Assembly: GCA_963695555.1 (NCBI GenBank)
Contig: CAVOGR010000007.1
Location: forward strand, 128,001-192,000
DNA length: 64,000 nucleotides
Source: an uncultured Gemmatimonadales bacterium
Lineage (GTDB): Bacteria; Gemmatimonadota; Gemmatimonadetes; Gemmatimonadales; GWC2-71-9
Reading direction: 5' to 3'
How positions within the stretch are numbered: the first letter of the stretch is position 1; each line of letters begins with the position of its first letter. A model generated the notes under the pieces. The model had not been told where the DNA came from and made no database searches. It was given only the letters and a program-made list of their open reading frames with translations. Of this stretch, positions 41,627 to 51,137 are shown piece after piece. A program made the translations under genes and the position numbers.

Positions 41627-42799
41627 TCACCGGGCCCAGTCCTCGACATGGACGCCATCCAGCAGGGCTGTAGGCTGCGAGCCATCCGCATTCATGATCC
41701 AGGTTCCGTACCCACCGCCCCGCCCGCTCCCGAAGGTGAGCTGAAGCCCGTCAGGCGACCATACTGGCGCCTCATCGTCCGCCGGATGCTGCGTGAGATT
41801 GACCTGGTTCGAGCCATCGGCGTTCATCACGTAGATCTCGCGGTTCCCGTCGCGCGACGACGTGAAGGCGATCTGCGTCCCGTCCGGTGACCAGCGGGGC
41901 CACGTGTCGCCGCCGGATGCGTGCGTGAGCCGGATTACGTTGCTTCCATCCGCATCCATCACGTAGATCTCGCCGACGGCGGCCCGATCCGACGCAAACA
42001 CGATCTTGGTGCCATCCGGCGACCAGTCCGGCCGGGCGCCGTCGGTCCCGACCGTGATGTCCTGTTGGCCACTCCCGTCCGCATTCATGATGTAGATCTT
42101 CGACTGGCTGGAAGGCACCCGACGTTCGAATGCGATACGCGCGCCGTCGGGTGACCAGGCGGCGTGCTCGTCCAGCTGGGCAGGGTCGTTGGTGAGGTTG
42201 GTAGCGCCCGATCCATCCGCGGCGATCGAATAGATATCGGCAACACCGCCGGACAGCCCGCGCACCAGCACGCTCAGACCGTCGGGGGACACCCTCGCAT
42301 AGTCCTCGAACCCCGGGTGCGACATCAGCCGTATGGGTCGCCCCCCATCGGGGTCGGCCGCGAACAGGTCGTACTCGTTGCCGATCCAGGCGGAATACAC
42401 GAGCTGGTTCTCCAGGTGGGTCAGCGCGCACGACACCACGAAGTTGACGGAGGCGGTGGCGCCCTCGAGGATCTGCACGGATGTGGGATTCGAGCCGCCG
42501 ACGGTACAGTTCGCGGCGAGCCCCTCGATCGAGACGGTACGGTTCCCAACCGGCACACCGGAGATGGTCGTGGTCCCATCCACAGGGAGGGTTCCGGAGG
42601 CTCCCTCGACGCGGGCGAGGTACCCATCGAAGTCCCGGTTCCACCCGGTTGTCGAGGTGGTGATCTCGACCGAACCGGTGGGCCCGGAAGGGGCAACGAG
42701 CGGACCACCGGCATCTCCACTGCAGGCCGGCGAAGCCAGTGCGACCGCCAGGACGGCAGAGAGACGCCTTGGGATAAGTGAGCTGAACACGCGCTGCAT
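41627..42799 (-). CDS. Lipoprotein with Ig-like domain and TolB/PD40 beta-propeller
   Basis: Lipobox-like PAC; repeated WSPDG and IY.M.ADGS motifs. Confidence 0.85.
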   Translation of the reverse strand: MQRVFSSLIPRRLSAVLAVALASPACSGDAGGPLVAPSGPTGSVEITTSTTGWNRDFDGYLARVEGASGTLPVDGTTTISGVPVGNRTVSIEGLAANCTVGGSNPTSVQILEGATASVNFVVSCALTHLENQLVYSAWIGNEYDLFAADPDGGRPIRLMSHPGFEDYARVSPDGLSVLVRGLSGGVADIYSIAADGSGATNLTNDPAQLDEHAAWSPDGARIAFERRVPSSQSKIYIMNADGSGQQDITVGTDGARPDWSPDGTKIVFASDRAAVGEIYVMDADGSNVIRLTHASGGDTWPRWSPDGTQIAFTSSRDGNREIYVMNADGSNQVNLTQHPADDEAPVWSPDGLQLTFGSGRGGGYGTWIMNADGSQPTALLDGVHVEDWAR

Positions 42800-42846
42800 C
42801 TGAGCCCCCACGAAGAAGGAATGGGCGAGATCGATCCCGCCTCCTT

Positions 42847-42878
42847 CCAGACGTGAAGCATTGCGATCGGGGGCCAAC
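42847..42878 (-). promoter_or_regulatory. ECF-type promoter GTTGGCCCCC-N15-CGTCTGG (leftward copy)
   Basis: Same bipartite motif and spacing as the rightward copy, with an unrelated spacer sequence. Confidence 0.7.
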
Positions 42879-42931
42879 TCCCGCGGCCACCCCCCTCAAG
42901 TCCGCTTCATGGATCCCGGCCCTCGGAGCCG

Positions 42932-42963
42932 GTTGGCCCCCACCCGTCGCCTCCTGCGTCTGG
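42932..42963 (+). promoter_or_regulatory. ECF-type promoter GTTGGCCCCC-N15-CGTCTGG (rightward copy)
   Basis: Mirror of 42847-42878; CGTC is typical of ECF -10 elements. Confidence 0.7.
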
Positions 42964-42998
42964 GGGATAGTCGGACTCACTTCGGATGGAGGAGCACC

Positions 42999-43565
42999 AT
43001 GAGAGGGCCACTGCAATGGACCCTGACCCTGGCCCTGGCCGGGATCCTGGCCTGCGCCGACTCGTCCCCGGTCGGGCCGCGCCCGGACGACAACTCGGGC
43101 GCACCGGACGTGGCACCGAGCATCGCCAGGCTTCCGTACGAGTCGTTCACGCTCCGCATGGTGGGCTCGGAGGAGAGCCCGTCGGAGGCGTGGGGTGTGT
43201 TACAGGTTCGCACCGGCCTCGTTCCGGCACTTCCCTGCGCGCCGATCGGACTTCGGCTGGTGCGCGGGTTCGCGGTGTGCGGCGTCATGTACAACCCCGG
43301 CCTCGAGCGGTTCGACGCCATGACGTTCGAAGTCGACCTCCCCGGCGGCACCGCACCGTTCCGCGGGTTCCTGGACGCCCCACCAAATCCGTGCACGGCG
43401 GCGCTGATCCGGGGCGTGTTCCCGGCCGAGGCCTCCGGAGCCACCGCGGTCTATGCGACCCTCGAGACCGACGCCGGAATCGTGGTGACCGACGGTCCGG
43501 ATTGGCCGGGGGCCATTCCATCGGCGCCGCCGAACCCGTGCGTGATCACGGTGATGCCAGGCTGA
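42999..43565 (+). CDS. Lipoprotein with two APPNPC motifs
   Basis: GGAGGAG SD; lipobox ILAC; APPNPC twice. Confidence 0.75.
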   Translation: MRGPLQWTLTLALAGILACADSSPVGPRPDDNSGAPDVAPSIARLPYESFTLRMVGSEESPSEAWGVLQVRTGLVPALPCAPIGLRLVRGFAVCGVMYNPGLERFDAMTFEVDLPGGTAPFRGFLDAPPNPCTAALIRGVFPAEASGATAVYATLETDAGIVVTDGPDWPGAIPSAPPNPCVITVMPG

Positions 43566-43597
43566 AACAGCCAGCGATTCAATCGAGGAGAAATATC

Positions 43598-43816
43598 ATG
43601 CGAAGACTTGCCCTCATTGCCCTATTCCTGGGGCTGGATGTTGCCGGGCTCGCCGCACAGACCTCAAAGGTCTCATGGAACGGCCAGCGGCAACTCGTCG
43701 TGAGCACGCGTAGCGACTGGACCCTGATGCTCACCGTCAAGTCTCCCACTGGTGCCAAGATCGGGAAGGAGACCACGCTGGCAGTCGCGCGAGATCTCAT
43801 CGCGCGGCTTCCCTGA
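43598..43816 (+). CDS. Small secreted protein resembling the C-terminus of the next gene
   Basis: GAGGAG SD; signal peptide; ends GKETTLAVARDLIARLP versus GKEGVIELARHALTRLP in the next gene. Confidence 0.65.
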   Translation: MRRLALIALFLGLDVAGLAAQTSKVSWNGQRQLVVSTRSDWTLMLTVKSPTGAKIGKETTLAVARDLIARLP

Positions 43817-43860
43817 GGAAATGAACTACTCACAACGCCGAAATAGGTGGAGGTGGAAGC

Positions 43861-44457
43861 ATGAGCGAGCAAATGGTACGAGTGAGCGGCGCCAGCAGAT
43901 CCGCCAAAGCCGCGACGCTGGTTGCCCTCGGGGTGTTGGTGTGGAGCTGCACAGGAAAGGAGGCCAGCGTCAACGAAACAGGCGGCGCAAACGCAGCGGA
44001 GGTCGAGACTGGCGTGAACGCCCCCGCCCCCGCGGACGCGAAAGCCGGGCTCGCCGCCATCGACGTGTGCTCGCTGCTCACCTTCGACGAGATCGAGGAA
44101 GTAACGACCATCCGTCCGGATGCCGCCTTGAGTGAGACGATGGGTCGGACGTTGCCTGGCTGCAGCTACAACAGCGAGCGGGAACTCTACCCGGTCGCTC
44201 ACGTGGGCATCCAGGAGGGTGCGCACGACTCGTGGGACGCATGGGTCGCGGCCATGATCGCGAGCGGGTGGGGAGACCCCTCGATTGACGGGGAGCGGGT
44301 CGACATCGGGCGCTTCGGCCACTATCGCGACGGATTGCTCCAAGTCGGAACGGGGAACATGATTCTCACGGTCCTGGTCAACTCCTCGGGCCGGAAGGCG
44401 CGCGGCAAAGAGGGAGTGATTGAACTCGCTCGTCACGCCCTGACGCGGCTTCCCTAG
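43861..44457 (+). CDS. Lipoprotein, DUF3558-like
   Basis: GGAGG SD; WSC lipobox-like; DVCSLLT.DEI...CSY; terminal LAR.ALTRLP. Confidence 0.7.
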   Translation: MSEQMVRVSGASRSAKAATLVALGVLVWSCTGKEASVNETGGANAAEVETGVNAPAPADAKAGLAAIDVCSLLTFDEIEEVTTIRPDAALSETMGRTLPGCSYNSERELYPVAHVGIQEGAHDSWDAWVAAMIASGWGDPSIDGERVDIGRFGHYRDGLLQVGTGNMILTVLVNSSGRKARGKEGVIELARHALTRLP

Positions 44458-44580
44458 CGCCACGCCCACTCTCATGCGCCCCCGTGAGGCTTGCCCGCCC
44501 GAAAAGCGAATCCTAACTTGGTTCGTCGGATCGCCCGCAGGGCGGCGGGCCGGGCAGCTCTACTGGTCGCGGGGGTCCAT

Positions 44581-45156
44581 GTGGGCGACGAACAGGAATT
44601 CACGGTACTGCTCGGTCGCATCGGATCCGGGGACCAGCGGGCGTGGGACGCGCTCTTTCGGATCGCCTACGACGAACTCCGCCGCCGCGCCCATTTTCAG
44701 CGGCGGGACGCGCCCGCCAGCGAAACCGTGGGCACCACGGTGCTGGTCCACGAGACCTTCCTCAAGCTGGCGGGCGCGGCACGGCCACAGTGGGACGACC
44801 GCCGCCATTTCTTCCGCGTCGCCGCGCGGGCGATGCGACAAATCCTCCTCGACCAGGCGCGCCGCCGCGTGGCCCAGAAGCGCGGCGGTGGTGAGTTCGC
44901 CCTGGACATCGACGAGCTTCAGGTCGGTGTCGAAACCGATCAGAATCAACTGGTCGCGCTCGACCAGGCCCTCTCACGGCTCGAAGCCGAAAACCCACGC
45001 TTGGCCGAGGTGGTTGAACTCCGGTTCTTCGCCGGCCTGTCGGTGGACGAGACCGCGGCCGCCTTGGGCGTCTCGGAGCGCACCGTGAAACGCGACTGGC
45101 GGCTGGCGCGCGCGTTCCTCCACAGCGAGCTCGACGAAGAGGTCGAGGGCGCCTAG
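44581..45156 (+). CDS. Kinase-associated ECF sigma factor (TIGR02999 / EcfK-EcfP type)
   Basis: YDELRRRA, TVGTTVLVHETFLKL in place of the DAED motif, AARAMRQIL.D.AR, VELRFFAGL, TVKRDW. Confidence 0.9.
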   Translation: MGDEQEFTVLLGRIGSGDQRAWDALFRIAYDELRRRAHFQRRDAPASETVGTTVLVHETFLKLAGAARPQWDDRRHFFRVAARAMRQILLDQARRRVAQKRGGGEFALDIDELQVGVETDQNQLVALDQALSRLEAENPRLAEVVELRFFAGLSVDETAAALGVSERTVKRDWRLARAFLHSELDEEVEGA

Positions 45157-45172
45157 CCGTATCCCCGCCCAC

Positions 45173-48046
45173 GTGCCCCCAAACCGGACCGGCGTGCCGC
45201 CAACGCCCGATTGGACCCGCATCCAAGAAATCTTCGACGATGTGGTCGACCTCCCTCCCGACCAACGCGACCGCGCCCTCGATCGACTCTGCGGCAACGA
45301 CCGACAGCTCCGCTCCCGGATCGCCCGGCTCGTCCGTGCCGACTCGGGCGCGCACGGCGTGCTCGACACCCCTGCTGAAATCCAGGCTCGCTGGCTGTTC
45401 AACCCGCTACAGGACCCAGACATGGATACCGGCCCGCCGCCCCTGACTGAAGGAGCGCGCGTCGGTCCATACCGGATCATCGACCTCATCGCCCATGGCG
45501 GCATGGGGTCGGTCTACCGGGCCGAACGCGCCGATGGGGCGTACCAGCAACGGGTCGCTCTCAAGGTGGTGCGTGCGAGCCATCTGGTTGGCGACCTGGA
45601 GCGCCGCTTCCTCCGCGAGCGGCAGATCCTGGCGCGGCTTCAGCATCCAGGCATCGCGCGGCTGCTCGACGGAGGGGTGACCACGGAAGGCTCGCCCTAC
45701 CTCGCGATGGAACTGGTCGAGGGCTTGCCGTTCACCCGGTGGGCCGACCAACACAACATCGACATCGAAGGCCGGCTCCGGGCGTTTCTCGAGGTGTGCG
45801 ATGCCGTGCAATACGCGCATCGAAACCTCATCGTCCATCGCGACCTCAAGCCGTCGAACATTCTGGTCACCGAGCAGGGACGAGTACGCCTGCTCGACTT
45901 CGGAATCGCTCGCCTGCTCGAGGCCGACGGCCCGGCGGATGCGGCGTCCGAACCGGTGACCCGAACCGGCATGCTACTCATGACGCCGGAGTATGCCAGC
46001 CCGGAACTGATACGCGGCGAGCCGGTGACCACGGCGATGGACGTGTACGCGTTGGGCGCGATCCTGTACGAGCTCCTGACCGGAGCGCGGCCCTTCTCGG
46101 CGCGCTCCGGTTCGTTGATCGAGCTCGCCGCCCGGCTCGAGCAAGAGCCTGCGCCGCCCAGCCGGTCACCCAAACTCGACGCCAGGCGGAGCCACGCCCT
46201 GGTCGGCGACCTGGACACCATCGCACTGCACGCACTCCAGAACGACGCGGCGCGGCGGTATCCGTCGGTCGAGGCATTGGCCGACGATGTTCGCCGCCAC
46301 CTCGACGGGCTTCCCGTCGCCGCTCGACCGGACGCCTGGGGTTACCGAGCGGCCAAGTACGTAAACCGGCATCGTGCCGGAGTCGCCGCCGCGGCCGCGC
46401 TCGTGCTCACACTCCTCGGCGGCCTCGCTACCACCCTGTGGCAGGCGCGGGCGACCCGCGTGGAAGCGGCGCGCGCCCAGGCGGTGAGCGCCTTTCTCTT
46501 TAGCCTCTTCGAGAGCGCCGACCCCTATCAGAACCTCGGCGAAGTGCCGAATGCGATCACACTGCTGGATCGCGGCGCTGCCAGGATCGACTCGCTTGGC
46601 GCAGGCGCCGGACCGGAGGTGCGCGTCGACCTGCTCACCACCCTCGGCCGGCTGTATGCAAATCTCGGTGCCTTCGACCGCAGCACGGCGTTGCTGGAGC
46701 GGGCGGTCGGCGAGGCGACCGCCCGGTTTGGGGCGAACGAGCGAACCGGCGCGGCGCTGGACGCGCTGGCGGTGACCCTGATCGAGGCCGGCCAGCTCGA
46801 CAGCGCGCAGGCCGTGGCCGCCAGGGGCCTCGCGGTCCGCGAACGAGCGCATGTGGCCGATACGTTGCTCGCGGCGAGCCACAGCACGCTGGGCACGATC
46901 GCAAGCGGACTGGGCCAGTTCGACGACGCCGCCACCAACCACCGAATGGCACTCGAATTGGATCGACGTGCACTATCCGGGGACCACCCGCGCATCAAGC
47001 GCGACCTGAACAACCTCGGATTGACACTCGAAGAAATCTCGGATTTCGATGAATCCGAACGTATGCTCCGTGAGGGTCTCGACATGAGCCGTCGCCTCTT
47101 CGGCGAGACACACCCGGACGTGGCCACGGCATACCAGTCCCTGGCGCATACCCTGGGGAACAAAGGCGAACTCGCGGCGGCCGAAGACCTCTACCGCCGG
47201 GGACTGGCGGTGAACCGGGCCGTCTACGGCGAATCCCACCCCGAAGTGGCACGGAGCCTCGATCAGCTCGGCTTGTGGATCGACCGCCAGGGCCGCCACG
47301 CCGAGGCGGACAGCCTGTACCAGGTCGCCCTCGCCATTCGCATCGCGACCCTGGGGGAAGACCATTTGGACGTGGGGGCGACCCTCAACAACATCGCCAC
47401 GCTACGTTACCGCGAGGGCGACTATGCCGGAGCGGTCGAGGCGCAGGAACGCGCGCTGGCCATCTGGCTTCGGGCCTATGGTCCGAACCACTCGCGCGTC
47501 GCGGTCGCGATCAACAACCTGGGGGCCATGCAGCTCCGATCGGGCGACCTCGACGGCGCCGAGACCAACCTGTCGCGCGCACTCGAGATCCGACTGGCAC
47601 TGGTCCCACAGGACCTTGACGCCGTCGGGGCGTCCTACCGAAATCTCGGCGACCTGCGCCGGCAGCAGGGTCGGTTCGGTGATGCGGCCGCTCTCTATGA
47701 CAAGGCGATTACGGTATTCACTGAGCTGGTTGGGCCCGACTACTGGCGGGTGGCCGATGCCCAGCTAGGCCGCGGAGCGGCGCTGGTCGAGCTGGACCGG
47801 CCCGCCGAGGCCCTGCCGGCACTGGAGGACGCCCTACGGATTCGATCCAAGACCTTCGTGGCCAACGACCTCCGCATCCAGGAAGCGAGGCTCTGGCTCG
47901 GCGCGGCCCTCGCCCGGCTGGGCCGGACATCTGAGGCTCGCCCACTCCTGGAGAGTGCCCGGAACGCCTTCGCGGCCGCGATGGGCGACGGCGATCCGAA
48001 CGCTGAGAGAGCGGTCTTGGAGCTCCGCCTGATTCAGGCCCGCTGA
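45173..48046 (+). CDS. Membrane Ser/Thr protein kinase with C-terminal TPR array
   Basis: GGMGSVY, VALK, HRDLKPSN, DFG, YASPE; TM helix; repeated HP.VA..LNNL TPRs. Confidence 0.93.
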   Translation: MPPNRTGVPPTPDWTRIQEIFDDVVDLPPDQRDRALDRLCGNDRQLRSRIARLVRADSGAHGVLDTPAEIQARWLFNPLQDPDMDTGPPPLTEGARVGPYRIIDLIAHGGMGSVYRAERADGAYQQRVALKVVRASHLVGDLERRFLRERQILARLQHPGIARLLDGGVTTEGSPYLAMELVEGLPFTRWADQHNIDIEGRLRAFLEVCDAVQYAHRNLIVHRDLKPSNILVTEQGRVRLLDFGIARLLEADGPADAASEPVTRTGMLLMTPEYASPELIRGEPVTTAMDVYALGAILYELLTGARPFSARSGSLIELAARLEQEPAPPSRSPKLDARRSHALVGDLDTIALHALQNDAARRYPSVEALADDVRRHLDGLPVAARPDAWGYRAAKYVNRHRAGVAAAAALVLTLLGGLATTLWQARATRVEAARAQAVSAFLFSLFESADPYQNLGEVPNAITLLDRGAARIDSLGAGAGPEVRVDLLTTLGRLYANLGAFDRSTALLERAVGEATARFGANERTGAALDALAVTLIEAGQLDSAQAVAARGLAVRERAHVADTLLAASHSTLGTIASGLGQFDDAATNHRMALELDRRALSGDHPRIKRDLNNLGLTLEEISDFDESERMLREGLDMSRRLFGETHPDVATAYQSLAHTLGNKGELAAAEDLYRRGLAVNRAVYGESHPEVARSLDQLGLWIDRQGRHAEADSLYQVALAIRIATLGEDHLDVGATLNNIATLRYREGDYAGAVEAQERALAIWLRAYGPNHSRVAVAINNLGAMQLRSGDLDGAETNLSRALEIRLALVPQDLDAVGASYRNLGDLRRQQGRFGDAAALYDKAITVFTELVGPDYWRVADAQLGRGAALVELDRPAEALPALEDALRIRSKTFVANDLRIQEARLWLGAALARLGRTSEARPLLESARNAFAAAMGDGDPNAERAVLELRLIQAR

Positions 48047-48174
48047 TAGCCAGCCGCGCCAAACCGCGCTCCGCTGCCTCAAGGTCTTCGCCCTTCGGCC
48101 TGGGCTCGCTACCTCTGGTGAGCCTGGATGGCGGCTGCCTACCAAACCACCCCTCCTTCCTCGGCCCCACACTG

Positions 48175-48203
48175 GTAAACGCATTGCCCCCCAGCAGCGT
48201 ATC
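48175..48203 (+). promoter_or_regulatory. Candidate ECF promoter GTAAAC-N17-CGTATC
   Basis: AAC / CGT pattern directly before the ECF gene; resembles the motif at 63883-63910. Confidence 0.45.
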
Positions 48204-48207
48204 ATCA

Positions 48208-48834
48208 GTGCATGAACGAGCGACCGGATCCATCGTGAGCGCGCTCCGGAACCTCAACGAATCGGTTGCGCTGCTGATCGTGCGGGCCCAGCATGGCGAC
48301 ACGGCGGCCTTTGCCGACCTCGTGCGGGCCTGCCGGCCCCTGGTCTACCGCTGGTCGGTGGTGGCCACGGGAGATCCGGACGAGGCCGAAGACGTGACCC
48401 AGGAGGTGCTGGTGCGGCTCTATCTCTCGCTCGACCGGTACCGAACCGATGCCACCTTCACGACCTGGCTCTATCGCATGACGCGCAATGCCGCGACCGA
48501 CCGGTTCCGCAGGTACCAGAGCCGGCTCCGGCTCCTCCGATCGAACGAGGCAGAGCCAGGCACCGCGGAGAGTGATCCGGCTGCGAGTCCATCGGCCCGG
48601 GTGCTCGCAGCCGAGGCGCGCGGTATCGTCTGGAGATTCCTGGCCTGGCTCCCCGCGCGGCAGCGGGAAGTGCTGGACCTGGTCGACCTGCAGGACTTCA
48701 CCCCGGCGGAAGTGGCCGAACTGCTCGGCCTCGACGGCGGCACCGTCCGGGCCCACCTGCACCGGGCCAGGCGGACCCTGCGGTTGAAGATCACCGAGCG
48801 CTATCCAGAATACGGAAAAGGAGAAGGCGAGTGA
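48208..48834 (+). CDS. ECF RNA polymerase sigma factor (start GTG 48208 or 48235)
   Basis: EAEDVTQEV, FTTWLYRMTRN, LPARQREV, EVAELLG...TVRAHLHRAR. Confidence 0.9.
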   Translation: MHERATGSIVSALRNLNESVALLIVRAQHGDTAAFADLVRACRPLVYRWSVVATGDPDEAEDVTQEVLVRLYLSLDRYRTDATFTTWLYRMTRNAATDRFRRYQSRLRLLRSNEAEPGTAESDPAASPSARVLAAEARGIVWRFLAWLPARQREVLDLVDLQDFTPAEVAELLGLDGGTVRAHLHRARRTLRLKITERYPEYGKGEGE

Positions 48835-49280
48835 CCTGTCCCGAGATCCACGACCAACTGCTCGAGGCCGCTCCATCGGAGTTACGGGGCGAGGGCGAGT
48901 CGGCGGTGGCGCACCACATGCGAAGCTGCCCGCGTTGCCGCGAGTTGGCTGAGCGGATCGTGGCGGAAGAGCGTCGCCTCCAGAGTGCCCTGGCCGCGCT
49001 CGAGCCACAGCAACCGGTCGATGACGCCGTACGCGCCGCCGTCGGTCAGGCGCGGCAGCGCCGTCGACGACGCTGGGTCGTGGCGTCGGGCCTGGCCGCG
49101 GCTGCCGTCGCGGCATTCGCCCTCTGGCAGAGCGGTCGGTCGGCGCTCCCGCTCGCTGCGCCACCAACTGCCATGGCCCAACCGTTCGTCCAAACCAGTG
49201 CGGACCAGAATGTCATCGTGTACCAAACGGCCAACCCCGACATCGTCGTGGTCTGGCTGTATCAACGGAACGGGAGCTGA
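48831..49280 (+). CDS. ZAS anti-sigma factor
   Basis: C...HMRSCPRC; TM helix; GTGA overlap with the sigma gene. Confidence 0.85.
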   Translation: MTCPEIHDQLLEAAPSELRGEGESAVAHHMRSCPRCRELAERIVAEERRLQSALAALEPQQPVDDAVRAAVGQARQRRRRRWVVASGLAAAAVAAFALWQSGRSALPLAAPPTAMAQPFVQTSADQNVIVYQTANPDIVVVWLYQRNGS

Positions 49281-49283
49281 TTT

Positions 49284-49952
49284 ATGCGTCTACTCACCCT
49301 CGTCCTCGTGGCTGCGATCGCGGCCGCCTGCGGGACCGCGCCCTCACTCGACACCGAGACCTTCACCCTCGACCACATCGGCGGGGGCCAAGCCGCCACC
49401 CTCGTCGAGCCGTATGTATTTACCGACCGTCCGAATGCGCCGGGATCGATCAGTCACTCGGGCAACATGCTGACCGTGAGGGAGACGCGCGACAACCTCG
49501 ACAAGATCCGCCGCGTCCTCGGCGAGATCGACCTACCCCGACCAACCGTCCGGCTCCACTTCCAGCTGATCGAGGCCGACGGCGCCGGGAAGTCCGACCC
49601 CGCCATCGCCGAGGTCGAGACCGAGCTACGCAAGCTGTTCCGCTATCAAGGTTATCGGCTGTTGCACGACGCGGTGGTTGGGGGGACCGAGGGCAGCCAC
49701 ATCGAGCAGGTCGTCGGGCGGGAGGACGATGCCAATGCCGGATACATGCTCATCGCGAACATCGGCGCGGTCCGGGCGTCGGGAGACTCCGGTACGGTGC
49801 AACTGGATGTCGGCGTCCGGAACCCCATGCGCGGCGCGCTCATGACCAGCGTCAATGCTCGAGCCGGTCAGACGCTGGTGGTGGGCAACGCCCAGCTCAT
49901 CCAAGGCGGCGGGACACTGATCCTCACCGTGCGGCCGGAGTTCATGCGCTAG
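49284..49952 (+). CDS. Lipoprotein with secretin N (NolW-like) domain
   Basis: Lipobox AAAC; TFTLDH...A..LV.P, NMLTVRET..NLDKIRRVLGEID.P.P.V.L...LIE. Confidence 0.72.
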   Translation: MRLLTLVLVAAIAAACGTAPSLDTETFTLDHIGGGQAATLVEPYVFTDRPNAPGSISHSGNMLTVRETRDNLDKIRRVLGEIDLPRPTVRLHFQLIEADGAGKSDPAIAEVETELRKLFRYQGYRLLHDAVVGGTEGSHIEQVVGREDDANAGYMLIANIGAVRASGDSGTVQLDVGVRNPMRGALMTSVNARAGQTLVVGNAQLIQGGGTLILTVRPEFMR

Positions 49953-50048
49953 GTAGCATGCGCGTCGTACCACATGGGGCTGCTACGGTCTAGATTTCCG
50001 CCGTCAGAGGTCGGCGGCGGACCTGTCGGACCGTGAGGAGGCACACCC

Positions 50049-50339
50049 ATGTACCCAGCCAGCGCAGCGGCAGGCGGAGCGGCCGCGGCCGCGGCCATCG
50101 CCCAGGCCATCAAGGCATCGGGCGTCATCGTCGGACTGGAACCCGATGAGTTCCAGAAGATCCTCCGCCGCCAGGAGGCTCCACTCGTGGTGGAGGCCCT
50201 CGGCGGATTCCGGAACAAGACCAGACATTACTTGACGAGCTACAAGGGGCTCGCCTTCCACACCAAGACCAAGGACCGCATCATCCTGCCGTCGCGGGCC
50301 GAAGTGGTGCTCGCTAAGAAGATCTGGCTGCCTGCGTAG
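50049..50339 (+). CDS. Small hypothetical protein
   Basis: GAGGAGG SD; Ala-rich N-terminus; YLTSYKGLAF. Confidence 0.75.
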   Translation: MYPASAAAGGAAAAAAIAQAIKASGVIVGLEPDEFQKILRRQEAPLVVEALGGFRNKTRHYLTSYKGLAFHTKTKDRIILPSRAEVVLAKKIWLPA

Positions 50340-51033
50340 CGCTCTCGGGCACCGGCACGTCCCCCGGGACCACCTCGAAGTGCGTGATCGATAGCTCGAG
50401 TCCGTGGTTGACCCGTAACCCAACGATCCCGTCCACATCGATGTCCGACCTCGGGATACGGGTTACTTCCTCACCGTTGATGCTGAACGTCACCGCGTCA
50501 GGCCCCGCATCGATCCGCAGGGCGTTCTCGGGAGCATCGCCACCCTCCGGTTGGCGCGCGATCGCAGCATGGTCGGTCCAGTCCTCGATGGTCGAGGTCT
50601 CGGCACCGATCCGGCGCTTGATGAGAAACTTCCCGTCCTGCCGTATCATGAAATACACGTACGACTGCACCACCGACTGTAAATCCTTGCCGCCGACGAA
50701 CAGCCCGTAGGCCTCGCCATGGGGCGTGGGTTTCAGCTGAACGAAGCGCGCCTCGGCAGAGAAGTCCGCCGAGACGGTCAGCACCGGGTTGAACAGAATG
50801 GCGGCGGGGCCGGTACGCACCGTGTAGCCGGGATCTGCGCTCCGGAACTCGACGCCCGCTGGGTCCTCGCCCGGCCGATCGAGCCGGACCTCCCAGCCCG
50901 TAGGGAGCCCGGTGGTGGTCTCCGGAACTGCCGCGTCGGGGGTAGTGTTCGACCGACGGTCACTCTGACACGCAACGGCCGCCAGGAGGAGCAACACGGC
51001 GCCAGCTGTTCGGAAGCGTGGGTGAGAGCTCAT
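50314..51033 (-). CDS. Lipoprotein with ConA-like (DUF1080-like) beta-sandwich
   Basis: Lipobox AVAC; YGLF.GG, FSING, GIVGLRV. Confidence 0.7.
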   Translation of the reverse strand: MSSHPRFRTAGAVLLLLAAVACQSDRRSNTTPDAAVPETTTGLPTGWEVRLDRPGEDPAGVEFRSADPGYTVRTGPAAILFNPVLTVSADFSAEARFVQLKPTPHGEAYGLFVGGKDLQSVVQSYVYFMIRQDGKFLIKRRIGAETSTIEDWTDHAAIARQPEGGDAPENALRIDAGPDAVTFSINGEEVTRIPRSDIDVDGIVGLRVNHGLELSITHFEVVPGDVPVPESATQAARSS

Positions 51034-51137
51034 TGGGTACTCCGCAAACGATGTTAGGTTAGGACACATGGGCCGGCACGAATGTAGTCCGCCGCCCTGG
51101 CCTGAGCCAGCACCGCCTGCGTACGGAGGCTGACAGC

